A DNA stretch of 36,004 bases from a virus. The notes below the pieces were generated by a model. The model made no database searches. It saw only the letters and a program-made list of their open reading frames with translations, and was not told the DNA's origin. The stretch is taken from positions 1-36,004 of the IMG/VR virus record IMGVR_UViG_3300045988_102975, one strand, 5' to 3'. This document shows positions 6,731 to 15,036 of this stretch, one piece after another. Position 1 is the first letter of the stretch. Every line of letters starts with the position of its first letter. The position numbers and the translations under genes are program-made.

Positions 6731-7621
6731 ATGACATCAAGCAAGAGAGATTCATTCGTCTATCATCTCAGCTGGGAGGAAGTAATGGACAACTTGCCAG
6801 AGGAGGTCAGGGAGGAGGTGCGCGGCGGCATTATTGGGTATGCCCGCACGGGGGTCACCCCTGAACTGAAACCTTTGGCAAAAGTAGCCTTCGAGTTTGT
6901 GAAGAGAGACCTAGACAGGGATTTCCAACGCTATCAGGACATGGTTGCAAGTCGAAGCGAGAGCGGAAAGAAAAGCGCAGCAGCGAGAGAAGCAGCAAAA
7001 TCAACAAGTGTTGCTTGTGCTAAACAAAATCAGCAAAAGTCAGCAAAATCAACAAGTGTTGCTTGTGCTAAACAAGAGGCAACAAAAGCAACTGATTATG
7101 ATAATGATTATGATTATGTAACACATAGTGTGTGTGTTAATAGCGCGCAGGCGCGCGCGAGCACACCACCAGCACCACACACAGATTTCGAGTTTTTCTT
7201 CCCGACTTTTTGGAAAGCGAATATTTTCCAGCCGGCAGCAGAGACGCAGCGGTTCATAGACTACTACGAAGCATCAGGATGGGCGCTGGAGAAGGGAGAC
7301 CTTCTGGACAGCGACGCGAAAAGGCTAGCGAAGGCCAGGATATGGAAACCGAAGAAGGAGGGGGCGAGATTCCCGCCGAGATTTGCCGAGATTTGGTCAG
7401 AGCTCGCGGAACAGGCGCCTGACAACATCCGACGGCAGATGTACGAGGACGGCGTGGCCGTGCACATGGAGAGCAGGAGCGTCTGCACATCCATCGAGGT
7501 GACGAGGGCGGTGAAGCAATGGCTCATGGACCAATCAAACGCGGCGGCTAGGGAGCTGATTCTCGGGAAATGGCTACGCGGCAACAAAAACAAGCCGGTG
7601 CAATTCCCTGTATATGATTGA
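6731..7621 (+). CDS. Putative replication initiation / replisome-organiser protein
   Basis: 296 aa, between the recombinase module and SSB. Contains DNA iterons and an AT-rich tract internally, a lambda O-like arrangement. Confidence 0.4.
   Translation: MTSSKRDSFVYHLSWEEVMDNLPEEVREEVRGGIIGYARTGVTPELKPLAKVAFEFVKRDLDRDFQRYQDMVASRSESGKKSAAAREAAKSTSVACAKQNQQKSAKSTSVACAKQEATKATDYDNDYDYVTHSVCVNSAQARASTPPAPHTDFEFFFPTFWKANIFQPAAETQRFIDYYEASGWALEKGDLLDSDAKRLAKARIWKPKKEGARFPPRFAEIWSELAEQAPDNIRRQMYEDGVAVHMESRSVCTSIEVTRAVKQWLMDQSNAAARELILGKWLRGNKNKPVQFPVYD
6993..7075. repeat. Two perfect 35-bp direct repeats (6993-7027, 7041-7075), period 48 bp, with a partial third CAGCAAAA at 7031-7038: iteron-like
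   Basis: CAGCAAAATCAACAAGTGTTGCTTGTGCTAAACAA occurs twice. An AT-rich GATTATGA-type tract (7094-7118) and a GC palindrome (7143-7159) follow. Confidence 0.8.
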
Positions 7622-7648
7622 CAATTAAAAACATTAAAAAACAAAATT

Positions 7649-8134
7649 ATGGCAACACTAAACAAGGTGACACTCATCGGCTATGTAGGCAAAGAGCCGG
7701 ACGTGAGGTATCTGGAAACTCCGGAGCATCCGAAGGTGGCGCAGTTCTCGCTGGCCACGACCGAGCGGATGAAGTCAAAGGACGGGGAGGTCAAGGAATT
7801 GACCGAATGGCACAACATCGTGGCGTGGCGCGGTCTGGCGGATGTCACGGAAAAGTACATACGAAAGGGCATGCCGCTCTACGTGGAGGGCAGGCTGCGT
7901 ACCAGAAGCTGGGAATCGAACGGCAAGACGGCCTACCGCACGGAGATAGTTGCGGACAACATCCAGATGCTGGGCAACAAGTCAGATGGCGATAAACAGG
8001 CGGCTCCGGCTGCCGGACAATGGGTATCGCCGAAGCCGGCATATCAGCCGGCAGTTCCACAGGTTCCGGCATACGGCATGACAATGCCTGCGGCTCCGGT
8101 ATATGACGATCCGAAAGATGACTTGCCGTTCTGA
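7649..8134 (+). CDS. ssb: Single-stranded DNA-binding protein
   Basis: 161 aa. OB-fold signature (VTLIGYVGKEPDVRY...WHNIVAWRGLA...LYVEGRLRTRSWE), a Pro/Ala-rich tail and a C-terminal DDLPF acidic tip. Confidence 0.92.
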   Translation: MATLNKVTLIGYVGKEPDVRYLETPEHPKVAQFSLATTERMKSKDGEVKELTEWHNIVAWRGLADVTEKYIRKGMPLYVEGRLRTRSWESNGKTAYRTEIVADNIQMLGNKSDGDKQAAPAAGQWVSPKPAYQPAVPQVPAYGMTMPAAPVYDDPKDDLPF

Positions 8135-8402
8135 CACTTTGCAGCCGGCGGTGCTGACGGCAAGGGAATACCAGGAGATGCGGAGGTGCATCGAGAGGGT
8201 TCGGCGCCTTGGTATCAGAGACAACAAGCTGACGAATCTCGTCGACCGCATGTCGGTGACGCTAAAGAAAGGCGCGAGAAGGGCGCAGAAGTCCGCCACA
8301 ACGAAAGAGCGCACCATTGGCGGTGCAGTTGACCGCCAAAAGAAAAATAATCCGAATACAGCAGAAGAAATAGAAAATAACAATTCAAATTATGGAAAAT
8401 AA
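8103..8402 (+). CDS. Hypothetical basic protein (start uncertain; alternative ATG at 8178)
   Basis: 99-aa ORF overlapping the SSB 3' end by 32 nt. Confidence 0.4.
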   Translation: MTIRKMTCRSDTLQPAVLTAREYQEMRRCIERVRRLGIRDNKLTNLVDRMSVTLKKGARRAQKSATTKERTIGGAVDRQKKNNPNTAEEIENNNSNYGK

Positions 8403-8697
8403 CAAAGAAACGAGGATAATTTTATCCGATGAGATTTTTTATGCGGTCCTGAAGGACGGAACGATTGTCAACAATGTCAAGAGTTTGCTGACCATTGACA
8501 AGCAAGACAAGTTGCTGTCATCATGTGAGAAGTTGTTAACTGCTGACGTGGATATTCTAAAGGACATTGAAAGTTATACTAACAGCGAAAAGATGATTCT
8601 CATGATGACCTTTCCTGTCGCGCAATTTTTATCGCGTGAAGCTAAGAAAAAAAGATTAGATGAACTTAAATCTAGCCTTCAAGGAAATCGCCAATGA
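8392..8697 (+). CDS. Hypothetical protein (AT-rich gene)
   Basis: 101-aa ORF with overlapping junctions on both sides. Confidence 0.5.
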   Translation: MENNKETRIILSDEIFYAVLKDGTIVNNVKSLLTIDKQDKLLSSCEKLLTADVDILKDIESYTNSEKMILMMTFPVAQFLSREAKKKRLDELKSSLQGNRQ

Positions 8698-9215
8698 AAA
8701 AGAAAATCACAAAGGAACAGGCAAAGGAGAACCTCAAGGCATTCCGCAAGGAACTCAAGGACAGGGCATGGAAGCGTGTCGCAGGATCGAAGATTCCCGA
8801 CTTGGTCAAGGTCGGCCTTCTGATGTCCAATGCCCTGTCTCTGCTGGCCGCGCAGATTGACGTGATGATTCGCGCGGAACTCAAGGCAGAGGGCGTGAAC
8901 GCAAAAACGAGCGGCGGAGAGGGGGACATAATCTGCGGCATGAAGAACTACGCGGAGAAGACAAAGGCTGCGGAGTATTGGTTTGAGCGCGACCTGAAGC
9001 CCTATATCGAGGGCTGCACGTTCGGCAGTTACGGCGTGAAGGCATACGATGACTTCAACCACAGCTCTGCGGAGGTCATACAGCTTCTGATGCTGTGCGT
9101 GGACAGGGGTGAAGTTGACGGCGGCATGGAAAAGGTCTTCCGGTCGCTGCAACGCCTGAAGAAGGGCACGCGGTTCTCCGACGAGGACATTTCGAGGTTT
9201 GATTTTAAGGAGTAG
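8694..9215 (+). CDS. Hypothetical protein
   Basis: 173-aa ORF with an ATGA overlap at the upstream gene. Confidence 0.55.
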   Translation: MKKKITKEQAKENLKAFRKELKDRAWKRVAGSKIPDLVKVGLLMSNALSLLAAQIDVMIRAELKAEGVNAKTSGGEGDIICGMKNYAEKTKAAEYWFERDLKPYIEGCTFGSYGVKAYDDFNHSSAEVIQLLMLCVDRGEVDGGMEKVFRSLQRLKKGTRFSDEDISRFDFKE

Positions 9216-9221
9216 AATATA

Positions 9222-9404
9222 ATGGACAGAGAAATGCTGCTTCGCGTTGTGGATTATGTCCAGCGCGGAAAGAAAAGCTGCGAGGATGCGGCAGAGAATC
9301 TTCTAAACCATGAGCCAGCACTTTCTTATTACAGGGGTAAGGCCAAAGCCTTCAGCGAGGTACTGGCGGTTATGGCTCAACAGGGAGGTAGTGATGAAGT
9401 TTGA
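9222..9404 (+). CDS. Hypothetical protein
   Basis: 60-aa ORF. Confidence 0.45.
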   Translation: MDREMLLRVVDYVQRGKKSCEDAAENLLNHEPALSYYRGKAKAFSEVLAVMAQQGGSDEV

Positions 9405-9549
9405 AGCGACATTCTCGGAACACGGCAGGGTCATGACCAGGACCTATGACAAGCCGGACGCAACCAAAGAGGACGTAATAGAATGGTTCGGGTTGCGCGA
9501 ACACGACATTGACTGGTTTACAATTAAGGAAATCAACGAAAAGGATTAG
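9394..9549 (+). CDS. Hypothetical protein (internal ATG of the 9310-9549 ORF)
   Basis: MKFEATFSEHG... begins just before the upstream stop codon. The earlier part of the ORF overlaps the 9222-9404 gene in another frame. Confidence 0.4.
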   Translation: MKFEATFSEHGRVMTRTYDKPDATKEDVIEWFGLREHDIDWFTIKEINEKD

Positions 9550-9555
9550 AAAATT

Positions 9556-10227
9556 ATGAAATACGATTTTTCAAAATGCAATAATTTGCAATTCAAGGCG
9601 AAAGGTAATGAGGGAGAAGTAATGACAGGCTATCTAAAAGTTGCGAAAGAAGGAGAAGAATGTGTGGTGTATGTCTTCTCTGATAAGAAAGAAAATGAAG
9701 GTTTAGATAGCAGTCTTCAAATTGTAACAAGACACTACGATTGTTGCGAAATCATAGAAGATTTTAGCGAATGGGCGGAGAAGCACGATCTGGAAATAGT
9801 CCCGCGCGATCCGGAGACTTACTCCGACTGGAAGGTTGGTGACCGCGTCCGCTGTAAGTCCGGCGCCGAAGTTGTTTACGACATCGCCGCGAAACTTGGC
9901 GAAGTAGTGTTTCTGTCGAAAAATCACTCCCAAGTGTTAACATTACCAATCAACATATTAGTAAGAGATTCCAAACTCATCCTCACGGGCTACGAGCAGG
10001 AACTCCTGAAAGCACAGGAAAATAAAAAGTGCCCGTTTAAGGAGGGGGACAAGGTGTTAGTGAGAGATTCGGACACTTCTTGGAAGTTTGACGTATTTCA
10101 AAATTATGAAGAAAATGCATGTTATTCGTATGAATGTCTTGGCAGTGAATACGAGCAATGCATTCCTCTCAACGAGCACACGTGGAAGCTTTTGGGTACG
10201 ACGGACGAATACAAGGAGGAGGAATAA
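9556..10227 (+). CDS. Hypothetical protein
   Basis: 223-aa ORF in an AT-richer segment. Confidence 0.55.
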   Translation: MKYDFSKCNNLQFKAKGNEGEVMTGYLKVAKEGEECVVYVFSDKKENEGLDSSLQIVTRHYDCCEIIEDFSEWAEKHDLEIVPRDPETYSDWKVGDRVRCKSGAEVVYDIAAKLGEVVFLSKNHSQVLTLPINILVRDSKLILTGYEQELLKAQENKKCPFKEGDKVLVRDSDTSWKFDVFQNYEENACYSYECLGSEYEQCIPLNEHTWKLLGTTDEYKEEE

Positions 10228-10230
10228 ATC

Positions 10231-10467
10231 ATGGCAATGAAACTAAATGATTTTCTGCAGAAAGCCATCCTCTTCAGCGGGAAGACACAGGTGCAGGCGG
10301 CTCAAGAGGCGAAGATATGTCCTCCGACGTTCAATGAACTGTGTACTGGCAAAAGGGAAATAACTTACACATACGCAACGCGGCTTGAAAAGGTGTTCGG
10401 CATTCCGGCGCTGGTGTGGATGACGTGGCAAACAATGCAAACAATCGAAAAATCAAAAGGAAAATGA
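10231..10467 (+). CDS. HigA-like XRE-family HTH protein (antitoxin-type), with no partner toxin seen
   Basis: 78 aa. GKTQVQAAQEAKICPPTFNELCTGKREITYTYATRLEKVFGIPALVWMTWQ follows the HigA antidote pattern (HTH, then xRLxxxFGxxxxxWxxxQ). Confidence 0.6.
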   Translation: MAMKLNDFLQKAILFSGKTQVQAAQEAKICPPTFNELCTGKREITYTYATRLEKVFGIPALVWMTWQTMQTIEKSKGK

Positions 10468-10634
10468 ATTACAAAGTAACATTCAGAAGAAGCGTATTAG
10501 ACGCAACGATGACAACTTGTGTCGAGGCGAGGTCTGTGGGAGAGGCTGCCGAGGTAGTTAGACAACGTTACCACCTATGGCACAAGGACATTATATCGGT
10601 TGAATTAAAGAATAGAAATTATGGAACAATTTAG
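10464..10634 (+). CDS. Hypothetical protein (56 aa)
   Basis: ATGA overlap with the upstream stop codon. Uses the internal ATG of the 10416-10634 ORF. Confidence 0.4.
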   Translation: MNYKVTFRRSVLDATMTTCVEARSVGEAAEVVRQRYHLWHKDIISVELKNRNYGTI

Positions 10635-10848
10635 TTTAGAAGAATATTTCAAAAATCCAACCAGACCGATCGTCACAAGGGATGGCAGAAGCGCGAGGAT
10701 TATTTGCACTGACGCGAAAAGGGATTTTCCCTTGATAGCTTTAATTGAGAAAGACGATTATGCCCTTTTGTCCAAAGCCCTCAAAGATTGGGATGAGGAG
10801 AGCAAGGAGATATATGACAGAACTGAGCAACTCATAATGATGAAGTAA
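10621..10848 (+). CDS. Hypothetical protein
   Basis: 75-aa ORF. Confidence 0.5.
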   Translation: MEQFSLEEYFKNPTRPIVTRDGRSARIICTDAKRDFPLIALIEKDDYALLSKALKDWDEESKEIYDRTEQLIMMK

Positions 10849-10849
10849 T

Positions 10850-11104
10850 ATGACGGACATTCAACTTTACCAACATTGCGAGGAGTATATCCACGAGGTC
10901 CATAAATTCGATGGGATGTGTTTCGTTGAGCCCTACAATTACCAAGAGTTCGTGCAGGGGTTGGATATTCAGGACAGCGAGTCCGGCTTTGATGCCTACG
11001 TAAGTTCGGGAGGAACACTCTGCTTCAAGATTGACGAACTTGAGCCGTTCTTTAATGACTTCGATGCTTTCCGCGAGGCATTCATCAATAAATTAGGAAT
11101 CTAA
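10850..11104 (+). CDS. Hypothetical protein
   Basis: 84-aa ORF. Confidence 0.5.
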   Translation: MTDIQLYQHCEEYIHEVHKFDGMCFVEPYNYQEFVQGLDIQDSESGFDAYVSSGGTLCFKIDELEPFFNDFDAFREAFINKLGI

Positions 11105-11235
11105 TGTTTTACTATATTGATTGTGGAGCCGCAGAAAGAGTACGATGGGCTTCTGGAATATCCGTACAGCCGACTTATTTGTTTCAACGGCATCAGGGAC
11201 GTTATGGTAATCACAAAACTCAAGGAGGAAAAGAA

Positions 11236-11778
11236 ATGACAAATAAAACTCAAATGAAAACAGACAAACTTATACTCGATGCTTGTTGTGGCGGGAGAAT
11301 GTTCTACTTCGACAAGAACGATGACAGAGTATTATTTCAAGACATTCGCAGTTTTGAGACGACACTGTGTGACGGACGAAAATTTGAAATAAAGCCGGAT
11401 ATTCAAGCAGACTTTACAAACATGCCATACGAAGATGAAAGTTTTCAACTGGTCGTGTTCGACCCACCACATCTTTTAAGGAATGTTGGAAATTCAAAGT
11501 TTGCTGAAATATATGGAAGTCTTAATAAGAAAGCCAAACCAACCGGGTATCAGCAAATAAAGTATGGCGCACTTTATTCTGACTGGAGAGATATGCTGTC
11601 TAAAGGATTTTCGGAGTGCTTCAGAGTTTTGAAAAAAGGTGGATTTCTCATATTCAAATGGAACGAAACAGACATAAAGGTATCTGAAATTCTCAAACTA
11701 ACTCCGGAGAAACCCATATTCGGACATATATCCGGGAAACGGTCAAATACTCATTGGATATGTTTTATGAAAGGATGA
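11236..11778 (+). CDS. SAM-dependent (probable DNA) methyltransferase
   Basis: Motif I-like LDACCGG and motif IV-like VFDPPH. The ATG at 11236 is preceded by AAGGAGGA. The upstream part of the ORF looks non-coding. Confidence 0.6.
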   Translation: MTNKTQMKTDKLILDACCGGRMFYFDKNDDRVLFQDIRSFETTLCDGRKFEIKPDIQADFTNMPYEDESFQLVVFDPPHLLRNVGNSKFAEIYGSLNKKAKPTGYQQIKYGALYSDWRDMLSKGFSECFRVLKKGGFLIFKWNETDIKVSEILKLTPEKPIFGHISGKRSNTHWICFMKG

Positions 11779-11782
11779 AACC

Positions 11783-12136
11783 ATGAAAACACTTGATTTG
11801 GTTCTTAAAGGGAAATGGTACGATATGATTGCTTCCGGAGAAAAGACGGAGGAATACAGAGAGATTAAGCCATATTGGGAAAAACGCCTGTTAGACTATG
11901 AAGCCATAAAGAGAGATTATGAAATGCTTGTGTTTCGCAGGTTCCTGGTTGGCAAAGGTGTGGACCCGTTGGCATACCCACGAGGATTTACGCACGTTCG
12001 CTTTCATCGTGGTTATACAAAAATTACAATGACATTCGAAATTGACAGTATAACATTCGGCAACGGCAAAGAAGAATGGGGCGCAGAGCTGGGCAAAATG
12101 TATTTTGTTATCAAACTGAAAAGGAGGTCAGAATGA
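11783..12136 (+). CDS. ASCH-domain protein
   Basis: 117 aa. The N-terminus LKGKWYDMIASGEKTEEYREIKPYW is typical of ASCH-fold phage proteins. Confidence 0.6.
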   Translation: MKTLDLVLKGKWYDMIASGEKTEEYREIKPYWEKRLLDYEAIKRDYEMLVFRRFLVGKGVDPLAYPRGFTHVRFHRGYTKITMTFEIDSITFGNGKEEWGAELGKMYFVIKLKRRSE

Positions 12137-12303
12137 AACGATACCGGATTGTGAGAGGCGAAAGCTATTGCGGCTGTATTCCTATCACGGTGTATTGGGT
12201 ACAGGTCCGTGTTGATAAGATGTTCACGTGCAAGTATGTGAATGTAAAAGGATTTGAATCGTACAGCCGTGCCAAAGAATTGTTGAACTACTTGAATGAT
12301 TAA
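12133..12303 (+). CDS. Hypothetical protein (56 aa)
   Basis: ATGA overlap with the ASCH stop codon, preceded by AAGGAGGT. Confidence 0.45.
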   Translation: MKRYRIVRGESYCGCIPITVYWVQVRVDKMFTCKYVNVKGFESYSRAKELLNYLND

Positions 12304-12305
12304 CT

Positions 12306-12494
12306 ATGTCAAAATACAGAGTAATAAAGGCCGTCAACGGCTACGGAGAAACAATCTACGTTCCGCAATACAGGCGGTTTCTGATTTGGCGCGACATGGA
12401 CCAGTCGAGAAGGTATCATGACATACTCAGCGCGATTCGTTATATACGCACAAACGGCGTGCGGAAGTACGAAGATGTGGTTTTTGAACTGTAA
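12306..12494 (+). CDS. Hypothetical protein
   Basis: 62-aa ORF. Confidence 0.45.
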   Translation: MSKYRVIKAVNGYGETIYVPQYRRFLIWRDMDQSRRYHDILSAIRYIRTNGVRKYEDVVFEL

Positions 12495-12507
12495 AAAATG
12501 GAGAAGT

Positions 12508-12936
12508 ATGAGCTATGACGAAGCTTTGAAAGCGCTTGCGGCGTGGCAGCAAGGTGTCACCGGCAAAACGCGCAAACGGCAGGGGCACGCGGAGGACGAC
12601 TTGCAGATGCAGTGTGTCAGTTGGTTCCGTCTGCAATTCCCGCAGCTCGCGCGGCTACTGCACCACTCTCCCAACGGAGGACGGCGTGACGCACGCGAGG
12701 GCGCAAGGTTCAAGCAGATGGGTACGCAGGCAGGCTTCCCCGACCTGATACTGCTGGTCGCGGCGAAAGGCTACCATGCGCTGCTGCTGGAGCTGAAGAC
12801 ACGCACAGGGCGGCAGCAGGACAGTCAGAAGGACTACCAGAAGCGCGTCGAGGAGCAAGGGTACAGGTACGTGGTCATTCGTTCTTTTGACCAGTTCCGC
12901 GAGACAATAAAGGACTATCTCATCGTAAGCGGTTAA
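12508..12936 (+). CDS. VRR-NUC domain nuclease
   Basis: GFPDLILL...LLLELK motif (PD-(D/E)xK type) with the preceding HSPNGG segment. Start taken at MSYDEAL. Confidence 0.7.
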   Translation: MSYDEALKALAAWQQGVTGKTRKRQGHAEDDLQMQCVSWFRLQFPQLARLLHHSPNGGRRDAREGARFKQMGTQAGFPDLILLVAAKGYHALLLELKTRTGRQQDSQKDYQKRVEEQGYRYVVIRSFDQFRETIKDYLIVSG

Positions 12937-13005
12937 GTTTCAATTAACTTACTTTACTTACTTTTTGTTAACTTTGTAATTATTAACCAAGAAATCGACC
13001 AGAAA

Positions 13006-14352
13006 ATGAAAAAAGGACACCAAAGAATAGCCATTGATTTGATAGAGATGAACACCGGCCAGATTGCAGGACTGCCGGCAAACCCTAGGCAATGGACCAA
13101 GGCGCAGTTGGACAAGCTGAAGGCATCAATCGAGGAGACTCCGGAGCTTCTGGAGGCGCGCGGCTGCATCGTCGACTATCACGAGGGCAAGTATGTCTGC
13201 CTCGGCGGAAACATGCGCTATGCGGCGTGCAAGGCTCTGGGCATGTCCGAGGTGCCGTGCTATGTCGTGCCGGAGGGAACCTCGGTGCTGAAGAAGAAGG
13301 AGATCGTGGCGAAGGACAACGTCTCCATGGGCGACTGGGATTTTGACGCGCTGGCGAACGAGTGGAGCGACATGGACTTGGAAGGCTGGGGCGTTGTCAT
13401 ACCGCCGGAGTGGGGAGCGGCCTGCGGCACAGATAACAAAGAGCTGACGGAAAGAGAGGAAATAGAGAGGAAGAAAAAGGAATTTGAGGAGAGAATTGCG
13501 GCAGGTGAGATGAGAGAAGAAGACGAAGAATATCAGGCCTTTTTAGCGAAATTCCAAGATGCTAAAACCACAGATGATTGTTACACGCCGCCGAATATAT
13601 ACGAGGCTGTCGTGTCATTTGTCGTCAAGACATACGGCGTAAAGGAAAAGGACTTTGTCCGCCCATTTTACCCAAATGGCGATTATCAGAATGAGAACTA
13701 TCCGCGCGATTGCGTTGTTGTCGATAATCCGCCATTTAGTATTCTTGCAGAAATAATTTCGTTCTTTGAGAAGAACAAAATTAAATACTTCCTGTTCGCA
13801 CCAACACTGACACTCTTTTCTTCTTCTTCTTCTTCTTCCGCATTGCCAATAGCGGCATCGGTAAGGTATGAAAATGGCGCAAACGTTAATACTAGCTTTT
13901 TGACAAATCTTGAGCCGCGAAACATTCGGGCGCGTTCTTGTCCTGAATTATACGCATTAATGAAAAAAGCGAACGAGGACAACTTGCGGAAACAGCAAAA
14001 AGAGTTGCCGAGATATGAGTATGACAAGCACGTGGTAACCTCTACAATGGTAGCTCAATTTTCACGCTATGGAATTGACTTCGTTGTGCCTCGTGATGAA
14101 AGCGAAAGAATAGGGGGGCTTGATTCGCAAAAGAAATTCGGCAAGGGCATTTTCGGAAGTGGGTTTTTAATTTCAGACAGAGTGAAGGCAGACAGAGTGA
14201 AGGCAGACAGAGTGAAGGCAGACAGAGTGAAGGCAGAACGTGAGAAGGCAGAACGTGAGAAGGTAGAACGTGAGAAGGTAGAACGTTGGGAATTGTCACA
14301 AAAAGAGCTGGAGATAATTGCAAGACTTAATGGCGTTAAAAAAAATGACTAA
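13006..14352 (+). CDS. ParB-like N-terminal domain fused to an N6-adenine-type DNA methyltransferase, with a C-terminal pentapeptide repeat tail
   Basis: 448 aa. ParB-like LGGNMRYAACKALGMSEVPCYVV, methyltransferase motif IV VVDNPPFS, a Ser7 run, and DRVKA x4 plus EREKA/V x3 at the C-terminus. Confidence 0.7.
   Translation: MKKGHQRIAIDLIEMNTGQIAGLPANPRQWTKAQLDKLKASIEETPELLEARGCIVDYHEGKYVCLGGNMRYAACKALGMSEVPCYVVPEGTSVLKKKEIVAKDNVSMGDWDFDALANEWSDMDLEGWGVVIPPEWGAACGTDNKELTEREEIERKKKEFEERIAAGEMREEDEEYQAFLAKFQDAKTTDDCYTPPNIYEAVVSFVVKTYGVKEKDFVRPFYPNGDYQNENYPRDCVVVDNPPFSILAEIISFFEKNKIKYFLFAPTLTLFSSSSSSSALPIAASVRYENGANVNTSFLTNLEPRNIRARSCPELYALMKKANEDNLRKQQKELPRYEYDKHVVTSTMVAQFSRYGIDFVVPRDESERIGGLDSQKKFGKGIFGSGFLISDRVKADRVKADRVKADRVKAEREKAEREKVEREKVERWELSQKELEIIARLNGVKKND
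13818..13838 (+). repeat. (TTC)7 trinucleotide microsatellite encoding Ser7
   Basis: Counted directly. In frame within the methyltransferase domain. Confidence 0.85.
14176..14280 (+). repeat. Seven tandem 15-bp units: GACAGAGTGAAGGCA x4, then GAACGTGAGAAGG(C/T)A x3
   Basis: Counted directly. In frame, with a partial eighth unit at 14281. Confidence 0.9.
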
Positions 14353-14363
14353 AATAAAAAGAT

Positions 14364-14603
14364 ATGGATAATCAAAGGACAATAACTGAAGAGCAGTTTA
14401 TGGAGCACTGCGACGAGAGCTTGCGACAGCTGGCGCGTGAGGTGCGTGGCTGCGGCTTGTCTGTGTATCAGATAGCGAAGCAGTCAGGGCTGACATGGCG
14501 GACGGTCAAGAAGGTGACCGATGGCATCCCCGTGAGGTTCGACACGGCGGAGCGCATCCGCTTCGTCATGCAGCAGAACGCATCAACCGCTATCGGCAAT
14601 TAA
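14364..14603 (+). CDS. Small HTH protein
   Basis: 79 aa. GLSVYQIAKQSGLTWRTVKKV is HTH-like. Lies immediately upstream of the terminase genes. Confidence 0.45.
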   Translation: MDNQRTITEEQFMEHCDESLRQLAREVRGCGLSVYQIAKQSGLTWRTVKKVTDGIPVRFDTAERIRFVMQQNASTAIGN

Positions 14604-14619
14604 TCGGGGAGGATTTGAC

Positions 14620-15036
14620 ATGGGGAGACCAGGGAACAAGAACATCGCCAACATCGGCAGGGAGACGCGCTTCAGCAGCACGAACCAGCCGAAGAAGAAG
14701 GGCCGCCGTCCGAACATCCTGACGAAGCTGAAGGCCATCGGCTTGAGCCACGACGACATCCGCACGATACTGGAGAACATCCTGATGGCGGACAAGAACA
14801 AGGCGTCCGAGATGCTCCAGGATCCGGAGCTTCCGCTGTTGCTGGTCGGCTATCTATCCGCCCTCATCAAGGATATAAAGAAAGGCAGCAGCATAACCTT
14901 GGACAGCATCGTCGACAGGCTGGACGGCAAGGCCACGCAGAAGGTCGAGGCTGACGCGACACTTCGAGACGCGCAACCGCCAGCCATCTATTTCGGAGAG
15001 GAAGAAGAACAAGAAGAAAACAACAAAGAGGATTAA
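14620..15036 (+). CDS. terS: Putative terminase small subunit
   Basis: 138 aa. Basic N-terminus (RFSSTNQPKKKGRRPN) and a position directly upstream of, and overlapping, TerL. Confidence 0.55.
   Translation: MGRPGNKNIANIGRETRFSSTNQPKKKGRRPNILTKLKAIGLSHDDIRTILENILMADKNKASEMLQDPELPLLLVGYLSALIKDIKKGSSITLDSIVDRLDGKATQKVEADATLRDAQPPAIYFGEEEEQEENNKED

Noticed and set aside
7618-7995. 125-aa plus-strand ORF overlapping ssb in another frame.
   Set aside because: It is a Gly/Arg-rich out-of-frame reading of the unmistakable SSB gene.
11222-11229. AGGAGG-like Shine-Dalgarno motifs before several starts (for example 5027, 11222, 12121 and 25803), taken as evidence against a Bacteroidota host.
   Set aside because: The evidence is not decisive. 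Several of these motifs are simply the Lys/Glu/Glu codons of the upstream overlapping gene, and the other host-type signals point the other way. Host assignment is left as an inference.
14176-14280. The 15-bp tandem repeat array as a possible CRISPR-like or non-coding satellite.
   Set aside because: The units are directly adjacent with no spacers, are in frame, and translate to clean pentapeptide repeats inside a long ORF.
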